A model generated the notes under the pieces. That model worked only from the letters and a program-made list of their open reading frames with translations, had not been told where the DNA came from and ran no database searches. This document shows positions 1-7,694 of a DNA stretch of 42,936 bases, piece after piece (within the stretch, counting starts at the first letter, position 1; every line of letters begins with the position of its first letter). A program made the position numbers and the translations under genes. Source of the stretch: Eubacteriales bacterium (GTDB lineage: Bacteria > Bacillota > Clostridia > Oscillospirales > CAG-272). Location: contig JBGVFW010000425.1 in assembly GCA_045121315.1 (NCBI GenBank), positions 1 to 42,936 of the forward strand, read 5' to 3'.

Positions 1-788
1 CGTTCGCGCCATGCGGGCTGAACGGAAACGACCGTGGAGTCCTTCTGCACGAACTTACCGAAAGCGTACGGCAATGACGTTTTACCTGTACCGGAAATAC
101 CCTGCAAGATAACTATTCTTGCCGCACCAAAGGACGCGATAAAGTGTCTTATGAGCTTTTCTTCGTAATAAAGGTGAAGTTTTGATGCCGCGTAGAGTCT
201 GAAGCGATGGCAGAATTCTTCGAGCGTTACGTCGTTGTCGTAAACAGGGGGGTGATATTCTGTTTTATAGAAGTTATCAACACTTGTGAGACGGAAGAAG
301 CGGCTGTCCGCGGGGTTCACGCAAGGAGAGGTGCGCGTGTTGCGGTTCGTGTTGATAAGATCCGTTTCCTCTTTTTTCTCTTCGGGAAGCTCTACCTCGC
401 CCGGCTTGCCGCCAAGCTCGGCGACGCGCATAGCGAGAAGTCTGTCTTTTTCATAATTCGCGCGGATAAGTTCTTTTTGCAGATTTTTGACCTGCTTTTC
501 CATTTCCTCGAATTTTTTAACGGGAACGCGGAAGCGGAAAATTCTGCGCAGTAGCTTCACCAAAAGCACCACGAGAATGATTATCACCGCTATAAGAGCG
601 ATATTAGCAATGAGCAAGAGCACCCAGTCAAGCGTGGTAAATTCGCTTTCGTTCGCCTTGATGGTCTGCATTCTTCCGGGGAAGTCCAGCAAGAGCTTGA
701 AAAACTCAAATATCGCGCCGAAAATATCAAGAAAAGCGTAGAACACCCTTCCTATATCTTGTATAAAATAACGCAAAAAATTATCCAT
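1..788 (-). CDS. Membrane-anchored McrB-like AAA+ NTPase (5' part only, runs off the window start)
   Basis: Translated manually from ATG 788 (RBS AGGAG): MDNFLRYFIQDIG..., TM segment WVLLLIANIALIAVIIILVVLLV, coiled coil EEMEKQVKNLQKELIRANYEK, then LHLYYEEKLIRHFIASFGAARIVILQGISGTGKTSLP...VSVQPAWRE. Walker A followed by the VQPxW motif is typical of McrB-family AAA+ domains. The frame is open to base 1; the gene is absent from the ORF track. Confidence 0.8.
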   Translation of the reverse strand, partial: MDNFLRYFIQDIGRVFYAFLDIFGAIFEFFKLLLDFPGRMQTIKANESEFTTLDWVLLLIANIALIAVIIILVVLLVKLLRRIFRFRVPVKKFEEMEKQVKNLQKELIRANYEKDRLLAMRVAELGGKPGEVELPEEKKEETDLINTNRNTRTSPCVNPADSRFFRLTSVDNFYKTEYHPPVYDNDVTLEEFCHRFRLYAASKLHLYYEEKLIRHFIASFGAARIVILQGISGTGKTSLPYAFGKFVQKDSTVVSVQPAWRE

Positions 789-822
789 TGCCAAACTCCT
801 CTTTGTTCTCTATCGGAGGTCT

Positions 823-1677
823 TTACTGCTCCGTTTTGTCTTTGTTTTCGTCTTTATTGTCGGTACCCGACGCATTCTGCTTTGCGATGTCCGCCATAAG
901 CTCTGCTTTTATCTGTTCGCGCAATTCCGCTTCCATCGCCGCGCGGCGAATTTCATCCTTTTCTTTTTCGTCTTTGATCTGTGTTTCGATAAGGTCTTCC
1001 GTTCTGCCTCTTTCCTGCTCGTACTTGATGAGCATCTTCACATTCTGGTATTCAAACAAAACGCGGAAGAACTGTACAAGGTGGAAAATGAAGAATATGA
1101 GCACGGGTACGATAACAAGAAGGAAGAAGCCTGTGGGTGTTTGCAAATAGTCAACCATTTTACCAACACCGGGGATACGAGCTCCCGTCCATTTACCGAC
1201 AACGTCTGCTGCGTGAACATTGTTATAGTCGGCAGTACCCGCTTTATCACCGGATGTCTGGAAAGATGTAAATCCGTTTATGCTTTCAGGGTAGATAGCC
1301 GTAATTCTATGGGTGTTAAGAATAAGCTGTCCCTGTTCGTTTGTCCAGAAAGTGATAACGTCACCTACTTGAAGTTCTTCAACTTCCTCGTTGTTTTTGA
1401 TAGTTGTGTCGATAATTAAGTCGCCCGGTTTAAGTGTGGGGTACATAGAGTCCGTCTGAACGGAAAGGAAACTTATACCGAAAATGCTGGGAATACCGCT
1501 GCCGGATGTGGAAACGAATGAAATATACGTGGAAAATGCCGCCAAAACGATTGCCACTATCAACAGCACATTTACGATGATGTTTATTATCTTTTTGATG
1601 TCTTTTTTATTTTCCTTTTTGTTTTTTGCCGCGCCCGCATCCGCGGGAGCGGCGTTTGTTTCGATTTTATTTTCCAT
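823..1677 (-). CDS. sipW: Signal peptidase I, SipW / ER-type (S26B)
   Basis: N-terminal TM, catalytic Ser box VQTDSMYPTLKPGDLI, His box NTHRI, GD..D box, second TM and a charged coiled-coil tail. Adjacent to proteins with SipW-class signal peptides. Confidence 0.88.
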   Translation of the reverse strand: MENKIETNAAPADAGAAKNKKENKKDIKKIINIIVNVLLIVAIVLAAFSTYISFVSTSGSGIPSIFGISFLSVQTDSMYPTLKPGDLIIDTTIKNNEEVEELQVGDVITFWTNEQGQLILNTHRITAIYPESINGFTSFQTSGDKAGTADYNNVHAADVVGKWTGARIPGVGKMVDYLQTPTGFFLLVIVPVLIFFIFHLVQFFRVLFEYQNVKMLIKYEQERGRTEDLIETQIKDEKEKDEIRRAAMEAELREQIKAELMADIAKQNASGTDNKDENKDKTEQ

Positions 1678-1737
1678 AACTCTCTCCTAAAAATTTTTAT
1701 TATATATTTATTATGTTCTCACACATAAAAAATTTTC

Positions 1738-2736
1738 TTACTTAATTTCGTCTTCTTCAAGGCCTGTGTTGACTCTTCTTTCAGCGTGGAACTGCACGTT
1801 TACAAGCATCATTGCCTCTTTGCCGATTTCGTTGGTGCAGTCAACATCTTGACCTTCAAGCCAAATATATATATCTATCTTTGCGGTGCAGTTTTTATCA
1901 AGGTCGAAAAGATGGTTGTCATCCAAAAATTCGCCGTAATTGAAAACCACAACGCCCTTTTGCACGGGGTCGGCTTCAAGCCACGCGGTGGATTCCTGCC
2001 TTATAAGTCGCTGTGCGGGGACAAGACCCGCTGTGCCGTCCATGCTCGGTGTTTCTTTATAATCAGTCGTATAATCAAGGTGGTTGTCACAGTTCGGCTC
2101 GTATATTATAAACAAAGGTTCTTCGTCCAGTTGGTTGCCCTCTGGGTCAAATCGTGTAATTCTAAAACCAACTCTCATAGCGCTTTGCGCACCCTTGCCG
2201 CCGTTGTTGTGAATAATTTCCTCATCGTTCCAAATGGGTGTGCCGACAAGGTACGTGCCGGAATTTTCTATATTTTTGGAAAGCTCCACTTCAACGTCTT
2301 CGTCCGTGCGGGCGTAAACGGTAAACGCAACGTAATACCCTTCTGCATCCTCGCGGTTAGCGTTTTGAGCGTCGTTAAGCTCTTTTGAAATGGAGGTAAT
2401 TCTGCCGTCCAAACCGAAGTTTGTGGCGTAAAAGGTTTTGTTTATATCTGAATAGGTAACGGGTTTAAGCGTGGAATTTTGCGTAAATTTTTTGTTATAG
2501 TCGAGGTGCCACCCCCAAGCTTCCTCGTCATCGGAAAGCTCCCAGGAAATTTGCAAGCCGACGCTGCTGTTTACAAAAACAGCCATATCGTTTACTTTTG
2601 GAGTTTTACTCAAAGAAAACCAGGTATATGTAGCGGTGGAGAGTAAAACAAGCAAAACAAGCATACCGTATAAAAGCTTTATAAATATGTGTCTGCGCTT
2701 TTTTTGTTTTGGTGTGGAAATTGCTTGTGAGCTCAA
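1738..2736 (-). CDS. Secreted protein with SipW-class signal peptide (putative minor TasA/BsaA-like fibre subunit), 332 aa
   Basis: Start reassigned to TTG 2736 behind AAAGGAG. Basic N-region, hydrophobic core, TATYTWFS cleavage-type motif, C-terminal IYIWLEGQDVDCTN motif shared with the neighbouring genes. Confidence 0.75.
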   Translation of the reverse strand: MSSQAISTPKQKKRRHIFIKLLYGMLVLLVLLSTATYTWFSLSKTPKVNDMAVFVNSSVGLQISWELSDDEEAWGWHLDYNKKFTQNSTLKPVTYSDINKTFYATNFGLDGRITSISKELNDAQNANREDAEGYYVAFTVYARTDEDVEVELSKNIENSGTYLVGTPIWNDEEIIHNNGGKGAQSAMRVGFRITRFDPEGNQLDEEPLFIIYEPNCDNHLDYTTDYKETPSMDGTAGLVPAQRLIRQESTAWLEADPVQKGVVVFNYGEFLDDNHLFDLDKNCTAKIDIYIWLEGQDVDCTNEIGKEAMMLVNVQFHAERRVNTGLEEDEIK

Positions 2737-2762
2737 TTTATTTTCTCCTTTCATAGGGTTTT

Positions 2763-2938
2763 TGCGGTGCACCGCCGTGTCGAGCAAAGACCTACACTCC
2801 AAATCAGCCTTTGCTCAAATTCGGTGTGACCACCGTACAGAGCAAAAGCCCTGTGCGGTGGTTTACAAAACATTCAGTTGTTGCGATAACGCACATCTAT
2901 GTATCACCGCATTTCTTTTTTAATCCGCGCGGGGATTA
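2763..2938 (-). ncRNA. Structured intergenic RNA candidate (multi-branch stem-loop) downstream of the 672-aa subunit gene
   Basis: Closing pair 2763-2769/2905-2911; inner stems 2770-2774/2822-2826 and 2782-2789/2809-2816; long hairpin 2829-2862; small hairpin 2921-2938 overlapping the stop codon. No U-tract on the sense strand. Confidence 0.45.
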
Positions 2939-4954
2939 GGGGTTTGTGACGTCGCCGCCACCTTCACCGCCAGCAGGGGTGTCAGAACCTGTCTGATCCT
3001 GAAGAGGTGCGTACGGCATAGGTGTAAGTGTCTTATCGGAGCTGAACTGGAGGTTAAGTGTACCAGTCATAGAAGAAGCAGCGTTAGCTACCATTGTATT
3101 ATCAACAAGATCACCATCAAGGTAAACGTATGCAGAAAGACGAGTTGCTTCATTTTTCGGAAGAGCCATAATTTCAGCTTTGCCGGATGTGCCGTCATCT
3201 TTCCAGCTAATAGTTTGAGCACCGTTTTCGCCTGCTGTAGTAGTAATCACTATACGATAATCAGGAGCTGCTTCAGTTCCATTATTTACAATTGTAAAGT
3301 TGCAAAGTCTTACGTCTGCCGTTACTTTTGTACCAACTACAGAATCAGTAGTTGCATCAAGAAGACCAACAGCCACTATCTTACCTGTAGAATCTGTGAA
3401 AACGATACGAATAGCGGACATAAGTTCAAGAACATTCGCTGTAGTAAAGTCGGTTGTCAAAGATTCAAAAGTCATCGTGCTGCCGTGACCCATTGTTTCC
3501 TGAGAGCCGCCCTCTGTGTAGATACGGTTTACAGGATCTGTCTGAAGCATAAGTTTAGAGTCAGCCGCATTTGTACGGAAAGCAAGGTCAACAACATAGC
3601 CATAGAAGTCTGTGAGCTTAGGTGTAGAGCTTGTATTGGAAGCAGGACCCTGTGCAGGAACAGCAGCGTAAATGTCGTATGAAACAGATACATCAGTTGT
3701 CATCTTCGCATCAACAGGACCAACAGACAAGTCAGCAACTGTAATTTTTTCAATAGTAACATCTGCGCTATACTCTCCGCAAACCTTAGCGATATTAGAA
3801 TATACACCGCCCTCATCAGTCAACGAAACAATAGCACCATTTGACATAACGGAAGTTATAATATCGTTCATTTTGTCTTTAACTTTATCTGCCGGTACGC
3901 CATTAAGCGTTGCGCCTTCGATGTTTACAAGACCTGTATCAATCAAAACCTCTGAAACTTCATCCCAAGTTACCGCCGTAATATCATTGTTGTGAGTAGC
4001 TTTTACTTCAGTCAATTTAGTTCCGGCATTACCTATAGCAGTCGCATTAGTCGTATATTGAGTACATGCATCTTTTACTGCTTGAGGAATGAAAGAATAC
4101 CAAGCTGTACCCTCAGCCATCAACGTTGAAAGTTTTGCTGTTTCCAAACCAGCCTTTTCCGTAGCATATTCGTTTTCCGGCGTAGTTGCTTTAGCTATAG
4201 CAAAAACCGCAACTATGTAAGCACGTATTGCTTTTTCAATTTCAGCATTTGCTGCTCCAAGCTGTGTTATAAGGTTATCAGCACAAGAAAGGTCATACTC
4301 AGGACCATCCATAGCTTTTGTAGAAAGCATACTTGCAAGAGCAGAACCATTTGCCGTCAAAGACTGAGCAGCTTTTGTTTTTGCGGAATCAACAGCTGTG
4401 GAAATTTCGTATTTAGCATTACGGAAATCCATCTGTTGCTGGGACATTGTTGTGGATGTACCAATAGCACGAACGCCGTAGTCATCATTCTCCAAGAATG
4501 ACTGTGTCTTTGTATCATATGTAGCCAATATTGTATTAGCGGTAAGTGTTGAAATTCTACCGTCAGAACCATATGTAGGTGTAAGCAACGGAGTTGTTGC
4601 CACCGTTTCGCTTGAACCAATATTCAATCTTGCAGGAAGTAAAGACACCTTAGAAAGTCCATAAGCTTCGTGATTGAGGTCAATAAGGTTACCCCAAGTA
4701 AGGTTTCTATCAACCAGTGCCTTGGTGCTATCATTAACAGTAGAATCCGGAATAGTTTCAGACCAAAGCGCGATTTCAAGGTTACCGTTAGCACCTACAG
4801 CTGTGTAGATACCCGTTACTTCAGGCGCTGTGGAAAGTGTAAACCACGCGTAAGACGAAGAAATAACCATAAAGAACGCAACCAAGAGCATAGCAACTGC
4901 TGCCATGAGTTTACTCTTGATGTTTAAAAAACTTTTTTCACGAGTTTTTTCCAT
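2936..4954 (-). CDS. Secreted protein with SipW-class signal peptide (putative major TasA/BsaA-like fibre subunit), 672 aa
   Basis: Start reassigned to ATG 4954 (MEKTREK) behind AAGGAG. Signal KSKLMAAVAMLLVAFFMVISSSYAWFT; C-terminal AYVYLDGD...GTLNLQFSS. Confidence 0.8.
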   Translation of the reverse strand: MEKTREKSFLNIKSKLMAAVAMLLVAFFMVISSSYAWFTLSTAPEVTGIYTAVGANGNLEIALWSETIPDSTVNDSTKALVDRNLTWGNLIDLNHEAYGLSKVSLLPARLNIGSSETVATTPLLTPTYGSDGRISTLTANTILATYDTKTQSFLENDDYGVRAIGTSTTMSQQQMDFRNAKYEISTAVDSAKTKAAQSLTANGSALASMLSTKAMDGPEYDLSCADNLITQLGAANAEIEKAIRAYIVAVFAIAKATTPENEYATEKAGLETAKLSTLMAEGTAWYSFIPQAVKDACTQYTTNATAIGNAGTKLTEVKATHNNDITAVTWDEVSEVLIDTGLVNIEGATLNGVPADKVKDKMNDIITSVMSNGAIVSLTDEGGVYSNIAKVCGEYSADVTIEKITVADLSVGPVDAKMTTDVSVSYDIYAAVPAQGPASNTSSTPKLTDFYGYVVDLAFRTNAADSKLMLQTDPVNRIYTEGGSQETMGHGSTMTFESLTTDFTTANVLELMSAIRIVFTDSTGKIVAVGLLDATTDSVVGTKVTADVRLCNFTIVNNGTEAAPDYRIVITTTAGENGAQTISWKDDGTSGKAEIMALPKNEATRLSAYVYLDGDLVDNTMVANAASSMTGTLNLQFSSDKTLTPMPYAPLQDQTGSDTPAGGEGGGDVTNP

Positions 4955-5001
4955 TTTTAATTTTTCTCTCCTTTTCAAGGAATTTTTTATTACGAATTCG
5001 C

Positions 5002-5109
5002 CCTCTGCCGTTGGAGTAAAGCCTTGGGCAAATATCATAAACGTTTTGTTTTACCTCTTGGGTCACCTCTTGGTGACCGCTTCCTTTTTGGGAAGGCGAG
5101 CGGCAGAGG
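5002..5109 (-). ncRNA. Structured intergenic/leader RNA candidate (four-way junction) upstream of the 672-aa subunit gene
   Basis: A perfect 9-bp closing stem 5101-5109/5002-5010 encloses hairpins 5080-5095 and 5061-5078 (perfect 7 bp GGTCACC/GGTGACC) and a weaker stem at about 5014-5057. Confidence 0.5.
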
Positions 5110-6159
5110 TCAGCCGTTGTTGTTATCTTCTATAAGATGAAAGTTTATTTCAATGCCCATGTGACCGCCGATAAGGTCGTTTGTGCAGTCCGGGTCGTTG
5201 CCTTCAAGCCAAATAACAACTGTGTATTTGTGAACCTCCATGGGTTCAACGTCAAGAATGGTCCCCGTCGTTATAACGGTATCTGATTCAAATGGTATCG
5301 GATAGAAATAATAGAGCGGTGCGGGAAGCTCTTCTTCCGTTTTCACAACCTTATACTGTTCGTCGGGATATTTCGCCGACTCATAGAACGGGCAGGCGCG
5401 GAACCCCGTAACCTTTCCCCTTGCCGCCGCTTCCGCAACGGTTTCGGCGTTCGGTATTACCTCGGAAGCGCCGTCGTCTGCGGCTTTTGCGTAGAACGTC
5501 ATTTCGCCGTCCTTGAAAAGCATCAGCCACGCCGCCTCGGAAAGGTTTTGGCTTTCCGAATTTATCGCTATCTCATATTCATAGCCAACGGTAGACGCGC
5601 CCTCGTTTCTGATGTAGAAAGTATAGGCGAAATAATCTATGCCGTTGTGTGTGCCGTCGATATCGTTAATATCGGCGGGTATATCTGTCATCGTCGTATC
5701 TAGTGCGCCTTCAACGGGCAAGCTGTAAAGATACGACGTGGGGTTATCGAACGTTTTCGTGTCGCTTATGGTGAAGCCTTCACGAAAAAGCTCGTTGCCA
5801 ACGTTGATTGTAAAGTGACCGCGCATTTTCGTCACGAGCGACATTACGAAGAACGCCGTGAGCAGCGCCAAAAGCGAGCCGAGCAAAGCCCACAGCCACT
5901 TACCGTGCAAAAGCCAAAACAAAAACGGAAACCATTTATGTTTGTCGAAATACAAGCCCATGCCAGACGCCGTAAGCTCGAAATCTTTCTTTTTCTTAAT
6001 GCCCGCCGCGCGAAGCTCCGCGCGGAGTTTTTTTCTGCCGGCTTTTATCTCCCGCACCTCGTTTTCGGTGAGGACGACACCGGCACGCTTCTTTTTAAAA
6101 AGCCTTTTTTGTTTTTTCTCCGGCTCCATTGCGGGCGGAGTTTTCTTTTCATTACTCAT
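5110..6159 (-). CDS. Membrane-anchored paralog of the fibre subunits (putative anchor/nucleator), 349 aa
   Basis: Lys/Arg-rich cytoplasmic N-terminus, TM WLWALLGSLLALLTAFFVMSLV, no xWF cleavage motif. Carries YFAYTFYIRN and VVIWLEGNDPDCTN motifs shared with 1738..2736. Confidence 0.72.
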   Translation of the reverse strand: MSNEKKTPPAMEPEKKQKRLFKKKRAGVVLTENEVREIKAGRKKLRAELRAAGIKKKKDFELTASGMGLYFDKHKWFPFLFWLLHGKWLWALLGSLLALLTAFFVMSLVTKMRGHFTINVGNELFREGFTISDTKTFDNPTSYLYSLPVEGALDTTMTDIPADINDIDGTHNGIDYFAYTFYIRNEGASTVGYEYEIAINSESQNLSEAAWLMLFKDGEMTFYAKAADDGASEVIPNAETVAEAAARGKVTGFRACPFYESAKYPDEQYKVVKTEEELPAPLYYFYPIPFESDTVITTGTILDVEPMEVHKYTVVIWLEGNDPDCTNDLIGGHMGIEINFHLIEDNNNG

Positions 6160-7621
6160 GATCGCGTTCCCTCAAGAGAGATTCCTTGATCATTTCGTCC
6201 TCGTCCATGGCGTGACCCGCGCCGCATATATGCTTGACGCCGCAAGCGGCAAGCCAGCGCATGGCGTCTTCGTTTTCAACGCCGCCGGCGTAAACCGTAA
6301 CGCCTTTTGCTATGACCGCGTCTATCGCATCTGCCGTTTCATGTTTGAGGTATGCTTCGGAAGCAACGCGGACATGGGTTAAACCGATATCTGCAATTTC
6401 TTCCGCGGAAATGTTTTCAGGGTTCCAGGAATCGAGCATCACGCACACTCCGTTTTTGAGGTAGCGTTTGACGATCTCCTTGTTTTCTTTGTTGAGGTCG
6501 AGATATGTTTTCTCGCGGAGCGTAATGACCAAGCGCGATCTGTCGATCGGTTGATCCTTCCAGAGCTTGTTGAAGCGTTGGAGCTGTGTTCCCTGCGAGT
6601 AAAATGAAGGCATCATTTCAAGAACTATCGCATCTATATCCAGCTTGCAATTTGCAATACGCAAAAGCGCGTCCGCCGCTTCGTAAAGGAAGTAGAAAGA
6701 CATGTCCGCAACGATGCCGATACGGCGAAGCTGCTCTTCCACGTCAGCGATAGTTTCCTTTTCGTCGGGATTTTCGGCAAGTCCGCCGAACCAAGGGGAG
6801 GCTTCATACGCATTTGTCACACCCTCCGCACCGTTTACAACGGGTCTGTATTCAAGTCCCATCGGGCGGTCGGGCTTCTTTTCAACAAGCGGAATAGTTT
6901 TTGGTATGGTCAAAGTATAGGGGAGGTATTTTCTGTACACCGCGCGGCATTTTGCTTTTGCGGTGCGGAGCACGTCGATAAGCTCAGGGGAGAAACCCTT
7001 TCCGCTTTCCGCCACGAGCGCGTCAAACGCTTCTGCGAAAGGGTCTTCGGATTTCGTTTCGGAAGTTATGCGGTCAAGCTCCTTGGCAAGACCCACGACT
7101 TGAGCGATGGGGCTTATTTCGTCCCCTTTTCTTCCGTCGGGGTATCCCGTACCGTCCCATCTTTCCATGTGTTGTCCGCAAGTTTCGCGGATCATCAGCC
7201 ATGGAATATTTTCCGTGGGAGCTTCCTCCACAAGTTCTGCACCGCGGCGTCTTGCCCTCGTGCGCAGAGATTTTTCCTGCAGGCGCGCCACCAAAAGGCG
7301 ACCGTCCGAGGTATATTTGCGGTAGAGCGACTGCTCTTCTTCGGTGAAATCGTTCTGCCAAACCTGATATTCGGCGGGCACGAGAGATTTTCCGAGCTGA
7401 TGATACATACCGCATTTATAAGCGAGTTCGGCAAATTTGCCGTTCATGCGTTCGGCGCCTTCCGCCGTCTGCGTTCCGTAAGAGGAGGCACACGCCTGCA
7501 CAAAAAGCACTTGCGCATAGGAAGCAACGCGAACGGACTGCTGCCTTATAACAGGGGCAAGAGCGCGGAACGCTTCGTCCCATGTATCATATTCTTTTCG
7601 TTTCCATGTTTGCTCTTTCAC
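6152..7621 (-). CDS. HD-GYP + EAL fusion protein, both domains degenerate
   Basis: HD-GYP-like SVRVA, HQLGK and HMERWDGTGYPDG; EAL-like LEYRPVV, AYEASPW, RLVITLRE, VMLDSW and YAGGVENE. Overlaps the next gene by 8 bp. Confidence 0.8.
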   Translation of the reverse strand: MKEQTWKRKEYDTWDEAFRALAPVIRQQSVRVASYAQVLFVQACASSYGTQTAEGAERMNGKFAELAYKCGMYHQLGKSLVPAEYQVWQNDFTEEEQSLYRKYTSDGRLLVARLQEKSLRTRARRRGAELVEEAPTENIPWLMIRETCGQHMERWDGTGYPDGRKGDEISPIAQVVGLAKELDRITSETKSEDPFAEAFDALVAESGKGFSPELIDVLRTAKAKCRAVYRKYLPYTLTIPKTIPLVEKKPDRPMGLEYRPVVNGAEGVTNAYEASPWFGGLAENPDEKETIADVEEQLRRIGIVADMSFYFLYEAADALLRIANCKLDIDAIVLEMMPSFYSQGTQLQRFNKLWKDQPIDRSRLVITLREKTYLDLNKENKEIVKRYLKNGVCVMLDSWNPENISAEEIADIGLTHVRVASEAYLKHETADAIDAVIAKGVTVYAGGVENEDAMRWLAACGVKHICGAGHAMDEDEMIKESLLRERDHE

Positions 7622-7641
7622 AAGCTTATTCCTTTCTTACT

Positions 7642-7684
7642 AAAAAGTAATGTGTCCGAGCAAGAAGCATGCACGGACACATTA
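7642..7684 (-). terminator. Intra-operon stem-loop / possible intrinsic terminator
   Basis: 11-bp inverted repeat TAATGTGTCCG (7648-7658) / CGGACACATTA (7674-7684), followed by CTTTTT on the minus strand. Confidence 0.6.
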
Positions 7685-7694
7685 GTAAATTCAA

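Noticed and set aside
1-788. Calling the left-edge gene a McrBC restriction system
   Set aside because: No McrC partner or DNA-binding domain is visible in the window and the N-terminus is a membrane anchor. It cannot be excluded without the flanking sequence.
2737-2802. Longer N-termini given in the ORF track (also 4955-5038, 15324-15425, 16113-16160, 26070-26138, 37374-37457, 38945-38992)
   Set aside because: Downstream starts have clear ribosome-binding sites or stop/start coupling, and the extensions run through structured RNA, promoters or upstream genes.
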